A stretch of DNA of 64,000 nt. Origin: Oscillospiraceae bacterium (GTDB lineage: Bacteria > Bacillota > Clostridia > UMGS1883). Where the stretch lies: contig SVJW01000008.1 in assembly GCA_015068735.1 (NCBI GenBank), forward strand, positions 259 through 64,258, in the 5' to 3' direction. The position numbers and the translations under genes are program-made. Below the pieces are notes generated by a model. It saw only the letters and a list, made by a program, of their open reading frames with translations. It had not been told where the DNA came from and ran no database searches. Shown here piece by piece: positions 44,664-54,481 of this stretch. Positions within the stretch are counted from its first letter, which is position 1. Each line of letters starts with the position of its first letter.

Positions 44664-45524
44664 TTATTCTGTTAATTTCTTAAACTCCTTCGGCGTAATT
44701 CTCATATATTTTTTGTACAATCGGAAAAAGTTTGAATAATTCCTGAAGCCTGCCCTGTACGATGCCTCATCGATAGAGACATTTTGTTTTATAAGTTCAT
44801 TACAAAAATTCAGCCTGCGGAAAATAATATAATTCCAAGCAGATACACCAACTTGTTTTTTGAAATAGTGACAGAAATTGTATTTGTCCATATAAAAATG
44901 ATCGGCGATGTTCGTGATACTGATATCTTCTGTAAAACGCTCGTTTACATACTTCAGTATTTTTTCTGTAAGAGGGTCCTGTCGCACCTCTTCATTGCGG
45001 GAAGCAGATAATATTTTTGATACTACTGACATTGTTTCCATAGCTTTACACGCAGCCATTATCCGATCGGACGGTTGTGATGACTTTGCATAAAATACGC
45101 AATCTTCAAAAAGAGAATCTATATTAAGTTCTTTTACTGTCTTTGATTTTATAAAATTTCCTTCACCTTTTTTTCTTTTATAAAACGCAGATAGTAATTC
45201 ACTAATATCACCATTGAAATTTTTCGAAAAGTTTTCATTAAAATTCAAACTTATTCTTTCGTGTTCGACGTTTTCATCAACAACGCACAGATAGAGTTCT
45301 GACGGATTGAGGATAACAACGTCACCCTGCTCTATCCTGTGGTGATGTCCTTCTATTTTTATGTTTCCCGTTCCCTTCTTGAAATACATAAAAAACGAAT
45401 CGGTATCGTAATGCAAATATCCCACAGTCGACAAAGACGCATCATCACCCCAGGTGTGATGTACCCCAAATCCCGTAAAGTCATCGTAATATAAACGTTT
45501 AAAATTTTCTGACATAATCATCAC
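44664..45524 (-). CDS. AraC family transcriptional regulator
   Basis: The C-terminal HTH is AWNYIIFRRLNFCNELI...AGFRNYSNFFRLYKKYMRITPKEF. It is divergent from the MFS gene. Confidence 0.85.
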   Translation of the reverse strand: MMIMSENFKRLYYDDFTGFGVHHTWGDDASLSTVGYLHYDTDSFFMYFKKGTGNIKIEGHHHRIEQGDVVILNPSELYLCVVDENVEHERISLNFNENFSKNFNGDISELLSAFYKRKKGEGNFIKSKTVKELNIDSLFEDCVFYAKSSQPSDRIMAACKAMETMSVVSKILSASRNEEVRQDPLTEKILKYVNERFTEDISITNIADHFYMDKYNFCHYFKKQVGVSAWNYIIFRRLNFCNELIKQNVSIDEASYRAGFRNYSNFFRLYKKYMRITPKEFKKLTE

Positions 45525-45601
45525 CTACCAATATTGTACATAATTTTGCCAATAAAGTCAATTAACTATTTTATTTTACACATGTATAATACGAAACCGA
45601 G

Positions 45602-46828
45602 GTGAGTTATAAAGTGAAAAATAAAAACCTGACAAAAACACTTACATTACTTTTTTTGATCACATACACCGTAAGTTATATAACAAGAATTAACCTTGGT
45701 GCTGTTCTTGTAGAAATGGAAAAGTCAAGTTTTTTCTCAAGAAATTTCCTTTCTATGGCGGTTACGGGAAGCAGTATCACATACGGAGTAAGCCAGATTA
45801 TAAGCGGCATGGCAGGTGACAGATTTTCCCCGAAAAAATTACTTTTTCTGGGGCTTTTGGTTACATCCTGTATAAACTTAGCGATTCCGTTTTGCACATC
45901 CTCTTTCCTTTTGATTGTTTTATGGTCAATAAACGGGTTTGCACAGGCGTTTATGTGGCCACCGATAGTCAAACTTATGGTTACGCATTTTAAGAACGAT
46001 GAATATAAAAAAGCAGCTGTAACTATATCGTGGGGTGCATCCTTAGGAACAATTATTGTCTATTTTACGGCACCTTTGTTGATATCGTTTTCCGGTTGGA
46101 AGGCAATGTTCTTTTTCTCTGCATTGTGCGGATTTATAATGATGTTCTTCTGGAACAGAATATGTGTTGATGTTGATACAAAATTGAATCAAGCTGAAAA
46201 CACGGAGAAAAGAGAAACCGGCAGAGCTCTTCTGACACCTATTATGATTGGTGTTCTTACGGCAATTGTACTTATGGGTATGCTTCGAGACGGCATACAG
46301 ACATGGATGCCTACATACATAGATGATACCTATAATCTTGGAAGTAATATCTCCATCTTGACCGGTCTTCTCCTTCCTGTATTCAGTATTGTTTGCACAT
46401 TTTTTGCATCAAGACTGTATGTAACGAGATTTACGAATCCAATATTCTGCTCATTCTTTGCGTATCTGTTAGGAACAATTTCCACTCTTCTTATATTCTT
46501 TTTCACAGGGAAAAATGCAGTTATTTCTGTTTTCGGTTCTGCCCTTTTATCAGGCTCAATGCATATTGCTTCATCAATGCTTACAGCTATGGTACCACAG
46601 TTTTTCCGCAATCATAAAAAAGTATCCACAATATCGGGAACTATCAATGCTTTCGCATATGTAGGAAGCGCAATTTCAACGTATCTGATAGCATATTTCT
46701 CAAAACTTTACGGTTGGAATTTCACAACACTCACATGGATAGTGATTGCGGTTTCAGGTGCGGTTTTGTGCCTTGTATTGACAAAACCTTTTGGAAAGAA
46801 ATATATTAAAAAAGGTAATTTATGCTGA
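45602..46828 (+). CDS. MFS transporter
   Basis: 12 TM segments and a GDRFSPKK loop motif. The start may be GTG 45614 after a GAGGTGAG SD. Confidence 0.85.
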   Translation: MSYKVKNKNLTKTLTLLFLITYTVSYITRINLGAVLVEMEKSSFFSRNFLSMAVTGSSITYGVSQIISGMAGDRFSPKKLLFLGLLVTSCINLAIPFCTSSFLLIVLWSINGFAQAFMWPPIVKLMVTHFKNDEYKKAAVTISWGASLGTIIVYFTAPLLISFSGWKAMFFFSALCGFIMMFFWNRICVDVDTKLNQAENTEKRETGRALLTPIMIGVLTAIVLMGMLRDGIQTWMPTYIDDTYNLGSNISILTGLLLPVFSIVCTFFASRLYVTRFTNPIFCSFFAYLLGTISTLLIFFFTGKNAVISVFGSALLSGSMHIASSMLTAMVPQFFRNHKKVSTISGTINAFAYVGSAISTYLIAYFSKLYGWNFTTLTWIVIAVSGAVLCLVLTKPFGKKYIKKGNLC

Positions 46829-46852
46829 TGCATAAATTACCTTTTTTCACTT

Positions 46853-47066
46853 GGGGATTGTTAAGGGTATTCCCTTAACATAAATTTCGTTAAAATCGGG
46901 GGCGTGTACCTCGATTTTAACTCCTTGCATTAATATAAACTCGAAAAGATGACAGCATAAGCGGAATCTTTTCGAAGAGGAAAAACATAGGTTGAGAACT
47001 GAGTTATCTAACGAAGTGAATCCGTCCTATGTTTTGACGACGCGGTGAGTGCCGCGCGAGCGAAAG
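46853..47066 (-). repeat. modular intergenic repeat, copy B (inverted relative to copy A, with an extra internal module of about 120 bp)
   Basis: See copy A for the three matching modules. The internal segment 46922-47042 is absent from copy A. Confidence 0.85.
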
Positions 47067-47134
47067 CCCTTACCTCGAAAAAGAATGTTTTGCTTGCAAA
47101 ACTTCTTTTTCGAAAGGCTGACCCTGTCAGCCGC

Positions 47135-49228
47135 CTACTTTACACCAAAAAGCATTTCGCTGTAATCAGGATAAGGCCAGATGTTTCTGTCACAGATTAC
47201 CTCAAGTTCATCTGCAGCAGCACGAAGCTCGTCCATAACGGGAATGACCTTATCACGATAGAAGTTTGCTTTAAGCTGTGTATCTTTTATTGTCCTTACC
47301 TCTACAAGAAGCGTGTCAAGGGCATCGGTTCTGTCAAGCATTGTATCAAGGAGAGTTGCCGCTTTTTCTATTACAGATTCTTCATATTTACAAGGCACAC
47401 TCTTTACTGCATTGCGTTTCGAGTTAAGAGAATCTGAAATATTTCCAATGAATTTTGAAACGGCAGGCATAATGTCCTTTCTGGACATTTCAATCATTGT
47501 AAGCGCTTCAATTCTGAGGATTTTGCGGTAGTTATCCAGAAGCACCGCAAGACGGCTCTTAAGCTCCACCTCGGAATAAACGCGGTGAGTTTCAAAAAGC
47601 TCTACATTCTTCTTTTCAATAATACGGGGAAGTGCATCAGGTGTTGTGGGAAGATTTAAAAGGCCTCTCTTCTCCGCTTCCTGAAGCCATTTGTCGTCAT
47701 AGCCGTTACCGTTGAATATTATGCGCTTATGCTTCTTTATTGTATTTTGAATTAAATCGTGAAGTGCAGTTTTAAAGTCGTTTGCGTTTTCAAGCTCGTC
47801 TGCAAACTGACGGAGACTTTCCGCTACTGCCGTGTTAATTACAACATTGACATCAGAAATTGAAGATGCAGAGCCGAGCATTCTGAATTCAAATTTGTTA
47901 CCTGTGAATGCAAAGGGACTTGTTCTGTTACGGTCGGTAGTATCTTTGGGAAACTTAGGAATTACATGTACGCCTATTTTTATTTGTGTTTTTTCACGGG
48001 CACCGTATTCCTTATCCTCTTCTATGGCTTCCAGAATTTCGCTGAGTTCTTCGCCAAGGAAAATAGAAACAACCGCAGGAGGAGCTTCGTGTGCACCGAG
48101 ACGGTGATCATTTCCGGGGCTTGCCACAGAAGCACGAAGAAGATCCTGATATTCGTCAACCGCCTTTATTACAGCGCAGAGGAAAAGCAGAAACTGTGCA
48201 TTATCGTGAGGTGTTTCACCGGGGTCAAGAAGATTCTTGCCTGTGCTGGTTGTGATTGACCAGTTGTTATGCTTACCGCTACCATTCACACCTTTAAAAG
48301 GCTTTTCATGAAGCAAACAGATAAGGTCATGACGCTGTGCCACTTTCTGCATCATTTCCATAGTAAGCTGGTTATGGTCGGCAGCAATGTTTGTAGTTGT
48401 ATAGATAGGAGCAAGCTCATGCTGTGCGGGAGCCGCTTCATTATGCTCTGTTTTAGCAAGAATACCAAGTTTCCACAGTTCATCGTCAAGGTCGTGCATA
48501 AAACTCATTACACGGGGCTTTATGCTTCCGTAGTAATGGTCATCAAGCTCCTGACCCTTGGGAGGTTTTGCACCAAAAAGCGTTCTGCCTGCAAAAACAA
48601 GGTCGGGGCGCTTATAATATGTATCTTTTTCTACGAGGAAATATTCCTGCTCAGGACCGACAGTTGTCTTTACACCTGTAACATTTTCGTGGCCGAAAAG
48701 TTTCAATATACGCATTGCCTGTCTGTCAATAGCTTCCATACTACGAAGAAGAGGTGTTTTCTGGTCAAGTGCTTCACCGCCGTAGGAACAAAATGCAGTA
48801 GGAATACAAAGTGTATTATCTTTTATAAAAGCATAGCTTGTAGGATCCCATGCAGTATATCCGCGTGCTTCAAATGTTGCACGAAGTCCGCCGGAGGGGA
48901 AACTTGATGCGTCGGATTCGCCCTGAACAAGCTCTTTTCCGGAAAATTCCATAATAACCTTGGAATCGCCTGAGGGAGAAATAAAGCTATCGTGCTTTTC
49001 CGCAGTAACACCTGTCATAGGTTGAAACCAATGAGTGTAATGTGTTGCACCATTTTCAATTGCCCAATCCTTCATGGAGTTGGCAACAACATTTGCAATA
49101 TCAATATCGAGACGCTTATTGTTTTTTATGGCTCTTTGCATCAGGTCATAAATGTCCTCGGGAAGTCTTTCTTTCATTACTGATGCGTTAAAAACCTTGC
49201 TTCCGAATATTTCGGTTACATTTACCAT
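47135..49228 (-). CDS. glnN: type III glutamine synthetase
   Basis: 697 aa. The GlnN-type N-terminus is FGSKVF...MKERLP...[13 protein letters not shown]. The catalytic region contains [10 protein letters not shown]. Confidence 0.9.
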   Translation of the reverse strand: MVNVTEIFGSKVFNASVMKERLPEDIYDLMQRAIKNNKRLDIDIANVVANSMKDWAIENGATHYTHWFQPMTGVTAEKHDSFISPSGDSKVIMEFSGKELVQGESDASSFPSGGLRATFEARGYTAWDPTSYAFIKDNTLCIPTAFCSYGGEALDQKTPLLRSMEAIDRQAMRILKLFGHENVTGVKTTVGPEQEYFLVEKDTYYKRPDLVFAGRTLFGAKPPKGQELDDHYYGSIKPRVMSFMHDLDDELWKLGILAKTEHNEAAPAQHELAPIYTTTNIAADHNQLTMEMMQKVAQRHDLICLLHEKPFKGVNGSGKHNNWSITTSTGKNLLDPGETPHDNAQFLLFLCAVIKAVDEYQDLLRASVASPGNDHRLGAHEAPPAVVSIFLGEELSEILEAIEEDKEYGAREKTQIKIGVHVIPKFPKDTTDRNRTSPFAFTGNKFEFRMLGSASSISDVNVVINTAVAESLRQFADELENANDFKTALHDLIQNTIKKHKRIIFNGNGYDDKWLQEAEKRGLLNLPTTPDALPRIIEKKNVELFETHRVYSEVELKSRLAVLLDNYRKILRIEALTMIEMSRKDIMPAVSKFIGNISDSLNSKRNAVKSVPCKYEESVIEKAATLLDTMLDRTDALDTLLVEVRTIKDTQLKANFYRDKVIPVMDELRAAADELEVICDRNIWPYPDYSEMLFGVK

Positions 49229-49266
49229 AATAAGTTCTCCTTTGTAAAATCTGTAACTGCAATTTC

Positions 49267-49300
49267 AAAGAAAGCACCGAACCTATTCGGTGCTTTCTTC
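49267..49300 (-). terminator. 14-bp hairpin that could be the terminator of the Na+ symporter gene and/or the 5'-terminal stem-loop of glnN mRNA
   Basis: On the minus strand: aagaaagcaccgaa, loop tagg, then ttcggtgctttctt, followed by TGAAATT. Confidence 0.6.
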
Positions 49301-49306
49301 TTAAAA

Positions 49307-49335
49307 ATTATAACATTGGCGACATTTTTTGTCAA
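49307..49335 (-). promoter_or_regulatory. perfect-consensus sigma-A promoter of glnN
   Basis: On the minus strand: TTGACA (49335-49330), a 17-nt spacer, then TATAAT (49312-49307). It directly abuts the stop of the upstream gene. Confidence 0.6.
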
Positions 49336-50709
49336 CTATTTTATAAACATATTGACTATTCCCATAATCCAAAAAGCAACAAGGATTACAGGCAAAATAT
49401 ATTTAGCATATATTTTAAGTGCAACAGGGAATTTTATTCCTTTTCCCGTATTGGCTTCTTTGATAAAATTATCCCAGCCCCAGCCGTATTTTTTGCTGGT
49501 ACAGAAAAGCACATAGATGAGAGAACCGAGAGGAAGAATATTATTACTGATAATAAAATCCTCCAAATCCAAAATTGTACTACCTTTTCCGAGAGGAGTA
49601 ATAAATGACAAGATATTAAATCCAAAGGCACAAGGAAGCGATAAGAGAAGTATAGCAAAGAAGTTCACAATACAAGCTTTCTTTCTTGACATTCCCTTAT
49701 CCATAGCAAAGGAAATGATATTTTCAAAAACAGCAACAACCGTAGATATCGCCGCAAATATCATAAATACGAAAAACAAAGAGCCCCATATTCTTCCCCC
49801 GGGCATATTATTAAAAATATTGGGGAGTGTTTCAAAAATAAGGCCCGGACCTGCACCCGGCTCAATATTATAGGCAAAGCAAGCAGGTATAATTATAAGG
49901 CCTGCACAGAAAGCTACAAAGGTATCAAGTAATGCAATAGACAAGGTTTCACCTGCAAGACGACGCTCTTTTGAAATATAGCTTCCGAAAATTGCCATGG
50001 AGCCCATACCTATAGAAAGAGTAAAAAACGCCTGTCCCATTGCAGCAAATATTACATTACCTATTCCCTGTTCTTTCATTTTATTAAAATCAGGAACGAG
50101 GTAGTAGCTGAGCCCCTTACCCGCACCTGAAAGCGTCATTGAACGAATCGCAAGCACAAGAATAATACCCAACAGCGCCAGCATCATTGTCTTCGTTATC
50201 TTTTCTACACCTTTCTGAAGACCGAAGGAGCAAATAACAAAGCCAATTATTACGGCAACAAACATAAAGCCCACAACCATAGGAGCATTGGCGGTAAATT
50301 CACCGAATTGAGCCGATACTGCTTCTACATCTTTTCCGACAAAATCACCTTTTGCCATTTTTGCAAGATAAGCAAACATCCAGCCTGTAACGGTGGTGTA
50401 AAACATCATAAGAAGATAGTTTCCTGCCATACCTATCCAGCTAAACCAGTGCCATTTCGTTCCCTTAGGCTCAAGCGTCTGGAATGACTCTGCTATACTT
50501 TTCTGACTGGCACGACCTACCGCAAATTCCATAGTCATAATGGGAAGCCCGAATATAACCAAAAAAGCAAGGTAAATTAAGATAAATGCTGCACCGCCGT
50601 ACTGACCGACAATGTACGGAAATCTCCACACATTACCAAGACCGATTGCACAGCCTGCAGAAATGAGTATAAATCCCAAACGGGATGAAAACTTTTCTCT
50701 CTGTTGCAT
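49336..50709 (-). CDS. sodium-dependent transporter, SNF (neurotransmitter:Na+ symporter) family
   Basis: The motif is RLGFILISAGCAIGLGNVWRFPY. About 11-12 TM segments. Confidence 0.9.
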   Translation of the reverse strand: MQQREKFSSRLGFILISAGCAIGLGNVWRFPYIVGQYGGAAFILIYLAFLVIFGLPIMTMEFAVGRASQKSIAESFQTLEPKGTKWHWFSWIGMAGNYLLMMFYTTVTGWMFAYLAKMAKGDFVGKDVEAVSAQFGEFTANAPMVVGFMFVAVIIGFVICSFGLQKGVEKITKTMMLALLGIILVLAIRSMTLSGAGKGLSYYLVPDFNKMKEQGIGNVIFAAMGQAFFTLSIGMGSMAIFGSYISKERRLAGETLSIALLDTFVAFCAGLIIIPACFAYNIEPGAGPGLIFETLPNIFNNMPGGRIWGSLFFVFMIFAAISTVVAVFENIISFAMDKGMSRKKACIVNFFAILLLSLPCAFGFNILSFITPLGKGSTILDLEDFIISNNILPLGSLIYVLFCTSKKYGWGWDNFIKEANTGKGIKFPVALKIYAKYILPVILVAFWIMGIVNMFIK

Positions 50710-50743
50710 ATTTTTCTCTCCTAAAAAAACAATTTACTTCCAT

Positions 50744-50772
50744 ATTCTAACACAGTGCACCTGAAAAAGCAA
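50744..50772 (-). promoter_or_regulatory. promoter of the SNF transporter gene (extended -10)
   Basis: On the minus strand: TTGCTT, a 17-nt spacer, then TGtTAGAAT. Confidence 0.45.
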
Positions 50773-50774
50773 TA

Positions 50775-50802
50775 AAAAAACACTTCCTGCGAAGTGTTTT
50801 TT
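50775..50802. terminator. bidirectional intrinsic terminator overlapping the xerD stop
   Basis: aaaaaacacttc, loop ctgc, then gaagtgtttttt. Confidence 0.8.
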
Positions 50803-51679
50803 ATGCTCTTGGATGAGCTTTTTTATATATTTTTTTGATATTGTCCTTAAGGACCTGATTATAAACACGGGTTGTTACAACATCATTATGTCCCAGCATT
50901 TCAGAAACGGCATTTATATCGGCACCGTTTTGCAGAAGATGTACCGCAAATGAATTGCGAAGTGTCTGGGAATTAATTTCAGTTTTTATACCTGCACTCT
51001 CAGCATATCCGCGAAGTATTTTCCAAAAGCCCTGACGAGTAAGAGGTGCACCGCTGCAATTAACAAAAAGGTTTTTAACCTTACTGTCCTTTATCATATA
51101 ATTACGTGCTTTCTTTATATAGTTTTCAAGAGCGTCTACCGCTTCATTTCCTATAGGGATATACCTTTCATTTCTGCTGCTCAGGCTGAGCATACCGCCC
51201 TTCAAGTCAATATCTCTTAAATTAAGCGTTATCAGTTCAGATACTTTTATCCCCGTTGCGTAAAGAAGCTCCAGCATCGCTTTATCGCGAATTCCTTTCA
51301 AATCTGTGGGTTTTGGCTGGTTTAAAAGTTTCACCATTTCCCTTGTGGTAAGAGCCTCGGGAATTTTTTTCTTCACCCTGGGAACTTCTACACCGAGAAG
51401 TGGGTTTTGTTTAGCCTTTTCCTTTGAAACAAGATAGCTGTAAAACTTTTTCAAAGAAGCCACGGTTCTTGAAATCGAGGAATTTGCCTTTCCCATATCT
51501 TTCATATGTTCTATGTAAGCTTCTGCAGTCATTCTTTTTATTGTCAAAACATTTTTCACTTTATTCTCTTTTAGATAGATAAGAAATGCATCTAAATCGC
51601 TAAGGTACGAACTCAGCGTATTTTCAGAAAGCTTTTGCTCACGAAGATACGATTCGTATTCGATAATTATTTCTTTCAT
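50801..51679 (-). CDS. xerD: tyrosine site-specific recombinase XerD/XerC family
   Basis: It has an N-terminal SAM-like domain. The catalytic residues are R (ATGIKVSEL region), H-x-x-R (LRNSFAVHLL) and LGHNDVVTTRVY. Confidence 0.8.
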   Translation of the reverse strand: MKEIIIEYESYLREQKLSENTLSSYLSDLDAFLIYLKENKVKNVLTIKRMTAEAYIEHMKDMGKANSSISRTVASLKKFYSYLVSKEKAKQNPLLGVEVPRVKKKIPEALTTREMVKLLNQPKPTDLKGIRDKAMLELLYATGIKVSELITLNLRDIDLKGGMLSLSSRNERYIPIGNEAVDALENYIKKARNYMIKDSKVKNLFVNCSGAPLTRQGFWKILRGYAESAGIKTEINSQTLRNSFAVHLLQNGADINAVSEMLGHNDVVTTRVYNQVLKDNIKKIYKKAHPRA

Positions 51680-51785
51680 ATGTTTTCACCTTTTTAGGCA
51701 TAAGAGTAGTGTTACTATTTTACACCTGCGTTTTTAAATTGTATATAACCAAATTGCACATATTTTTACAGGTATTTTTGATATT

Positions 51786-52304
51786 TTAGAACAAATACGC
51801 ACAAAAAAATCTAAAAAGCAAAACTTCAATCCCGGCAGAAACAACAGAAAACAGCAAAACAGCCACGGCTCCGCCTTTGCCTATACTAAGCACACCGTTA
51901 CCGTCTGTGCGTCTTGCAACAGTTTCTGCGGAGAAAATTATCAACATAGGCAACACTGAAAAACTCTGTGGCAATGTAGCAAAAACCGCCTCTTTTATTC
52001 CAAAACTGTGCAATATGTAAAGTAATGAAAAAGCATTTACGCATCCGCGTATAACAAGCACGGGATGAATAACTTTAGCCGAAAGCATACTGCGTGCTGC
52101 AACAATGGAAAACATCCAGATCAAATTGACCCACGACATACGCACAAAATCTGTAACGGATACGTTGCGGTCAAATTCATATATATTATGCGAAGCAAAG
52201 GCTTCGTTTCGTATTTGCCCGAAAAAGAGTATGATTCCTATAACAATTCCTATAGTAAAGTTAATTCCTGCGGACAGATACAGTATTTTTCGTTCATTAC
52301 TCAT
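51786..52304 (-). CDS. spoIIM: stage II sporulation protein M-like membrane protein
   Basis: 172 aa with 4-5 TM segments. It lies immediately upstream of xerD, as in many Firmicutes. The call rests on topology and context only. Confidence 0.45.
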   Translation of the reverse strand: MSNERKILYLSAGINFTIGIVIGIILFFGQIRNEAFASHNIYEFDRNVSVTDFVRMSWVNLIWMFSIVAARSMLSAKVIHPVLVIRGCVNAFSLLYILHSFGIKEAVFATLPQSFSVLPMLIIFSAETVARRTDGNGVLSIGKGGAVAVLLFSVVSAGIEVLLFRFFCAYLF

Positions 52305-52347
52305 TTAAAGCACCTCAAAAAATACTATTCTTGTCCGTAAGATTTTA

Positions 52348-52992
52348 TTACATAGCCGACAAAATCTTCAAAAGCTCGTATGGGGTTTTTGCAATTTTTA
52401 ATGCTCCGCTCTCTTCAAGTTCTCCATTTTTTCCATAGCCATAGCTGACCCCAATACATTCTATCCCGTTTTTGCGAGCTCCGATAACATCATGTTCACG
52501 GTCACCCACCATAACGGTATTTTCTTTTGTTGCGCCAAGCTTTTCCATAACAATTCTTATAACTTCCGCTTTATCGGTATTCCTGCCGTCAAGCTCACTT
52601 CCCACTATGCAGGACAAATACGGTTTTATCCCGTATTTCTCCACGATTTTTTCAGCAAAGACAGTGGGTTTACTTGTGGCAAGAGCAAAAATTTTACCTT
52701 GTTTTTTCAATTTTTCAAGCATAGGAATTATACCGTCATATATCTCGTTTTCAAAAATTCCTACAGGCGCAAATCTTTCACGGTATACTTCAACAGCTTT
52801 TACACCCTCTTCCTCGGAAAGAGAAGCATACTCCATAAACTGTTCTTTTAACGGCGGACCGATAAAACTTACAAGTTCTTCACAGTCACGTTCTATACCA
52901 AAATGCCTGAGTGCGTATTGAACACATTTTGTAATACCCTCTTTAGGGTTTGTAAGAGTCCCGTCAAGGTCGAAAAGAATATGTTTAATCAA
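52348..52992 (-). CDS. HAD superfamily hydrolase (phosphoglycolate phosphatase-like)
   Basis: Motifs FDLDGTL, ATSK and GDREHD. Confidence 0.85.
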   Translation of the reverse strand: MIKHILFDLDGTLTNPKEGITKCVQYALRHFGIERDCEELVSFIGPPLKEQFMEYASLSEEEGVKAVEVYRERFAPVGIFENEIYDGIIPMLEKLKKQGKIFALATSKPTVFAEKIVEKYGIKPYLSCIVGSELDGRNTDKAEVIRIVMEKLGATKENTVMVGDREHDVIGARKNGIECIGVSYGYGKNGELEESGALKIAKTPYELLKILSAM

Positions 52993-53086
52993 AATACCAC
53001 TTCCTTATTTAAAAGCTCTTGAAATTTTTTGTTGTTTAATATATAATATCACTGTTTGTTGATTTTTTCAAGAAAGGATATATTCC

Positions 53087-53563
53087 ATGCAAAAGACAAA
53101 TGTTATGAGAATGCTTGACAAAGCAAAAATCACATATAATACCGTAACCTATGAGGTTGATGAGTCCGACCTTTCGGGAACTCATATTGCCGAGTGTACG
53201 GGGATGAATCCCGAAACTGTTTTTAAAACATTGGTTGCAAAAGGAGATAAAAACGGATTCTGCGTTTTCTGTATACCCTGTGCGGAGGAAGTTGATTTAA
53301 AGAAAGCAGCAAAAATAACAGGCGATAAAAAAGTGGAATTTCTTCATCTTAAGGATCTGCTCCCCACCACAGGATATATCCGCGGAGGTTGCAGTCCTAT
53401 CGGAATGAAGAAGAAATTTCCTACATTTATTCATGAAAGCGCACAAAATTTTGATACGATTTCGGTAAGCGGTGGTATGCGAGGATTACAGGTAATTCTT
53501 TCTCCTTTGGAGCTTGCAAAGTTTACAGATGCGGATTTTGCCGATTTGATAGCGGAGGGTTGA
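53087..53563 (+). CDS. ybaK: Cys-tRNA(Pro)/Cys-tRNA(Cys) deacylase YbaK
   Basis: 158 aa. The N-terminus is KTNVMRMLDKAKI.Y, and GYIRGGCSPIG is also present. Confidence 0.85.
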   Translation: MQKTNVMRMLDKAKITYNTVTYEVDESDLSGTHIAECTGMNPETVFKTLVAKGDKNGFCVFCIPCAEEVDLKKAAKITGDKKVEFLHLKDLLPTTGYIRGGCSPIGMKKKFPTFIHESAQNFDTISVSGGMRGLQVILSPLELAKFTDADFADLIAEG

Positions 53564-54453
53564 TAAATTTGAATAATTCGAAAAAAAGTACTCTTGCTAA
53601 GATGGCACTTCTTCTTGCTACCGTTATATGGGGCTCTACATTTTTCATAATGGAATATACCATAGGAAATATCGGAATATATACACTTCTGGCAATCAGG
53701 TTTACATTTGCGGCAGTATTGCTGGGTCTTGTACTGATAAAGCATCTCAGGGTAATTGACAAAGGGTATCTGTGGCGCGGTTTTGTAATGGGATCATTGG
53801 TTGTAACTGCATATATTTTTCAAACATTTGGCCTTGCAGACGATGCTACAACACCAGGTAAAAACGCATTCCTGACAGCTATATACTGTATTATAGTTCC
53901 TTTTCTTTCTTATCCCTTTACAAAAATAAAACCTGATCGCTACAATATTGTTGCTTCGGTTATATGTATAACAGGTATTACAATGATTTCAGTTACGGGA
54001 AATGACTTTTCCAGCGTGTGCAGAGGCGATCTGTTAACACTTATAGGCGGTATATGCTATTCTCTTCATATGGTTGCTGTTGCAACTTTTTCAAGAGGTC
54101 GAAACATACTTCTTCTCACAATGCTTCAGTTCTTGTTTTCCGGTATTATTGCATGGGTTCCTGCACTTATTTTTGAAACATTCCCCACCTCGATACCTCC
54201 TATGACAATTACTTCTATAGTGTATCTTTCAGTTATGGCAACTTGCCTTTGTTACATCCTGCAAAACGCAGGGCAGAAGTTCACAACCCCCTCTACGGCA
54301 TCGCTTATACTGAGTCTTGAGGCGGTATTCGGAGTTCTGTTCTCGGTAATATTCACATCCGAAGTAATTACTCCAAAAATTTTTACAGGCTTTGCACTTG
54401 TATTTTTAGCAATTGTTATATCAGAAGTAAAACCATTCAAAAAGAAACAGTAG
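53560..54453 (+). CDS. DMT superfamily (EamA) transporter
   Basis: 10 TM segments in two EamA repeats. The N-terminal motif is ATVIWGSTFF. Confidence 0.85.
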   Translation: MINLNNSKKSTLAKMALLLATVIWGSTFFIMEYTIGNIGIYTLLAIRFTFAAVLLGLVLIKHLRVIDKGYLWRGFVMGSLVVTAYIFQTFGLADDATTPGKNAFLTAIYCIIVPFLSYPFTKIKPDRYNIVASVICITGITMISVTGNDFSSVCRGDLLTLIGGICYSLHMVAVATFSRGRNILLLTMLQFLFSGIIAWVPALIFETFPTSIPPMTITSIVYLSVMATCLCYILQNAGQKFTTPSTASLILSLEAVFGVLFSVIFTSEVITPKIFTGFALVFLAIVISEVKPFKKKQ

Positions 54454-54481
54454 TTTGTTAACAAACTACTGTTTCTTTTTG
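54438..54481. terminator. perfect 44-bp palindrome, a bidirectional terminator covering both stop codons
   Basis: caaaaagaaacagtagtttgtt | aacaaactactgtttctttttg. The last codons of the EamA gene and of the lipid kinase gene lie in opposite arms. Confidence 0.8.

Noticed and set aside
48269-48907. 212-aa plus-strand ORF
   Set aside because: It is antisense to glnN and is a shadow ORF.
50801-51679. Tyrosine recombinase as a marker of an integrated mobile element
   Set aside because: It has the XerD-type length and motifs. It sits next to a spoIIM-like gene, as chromosomal xerD often does. There are no flanking att-like repeats, phage or conjugation genes, or compositional shift.
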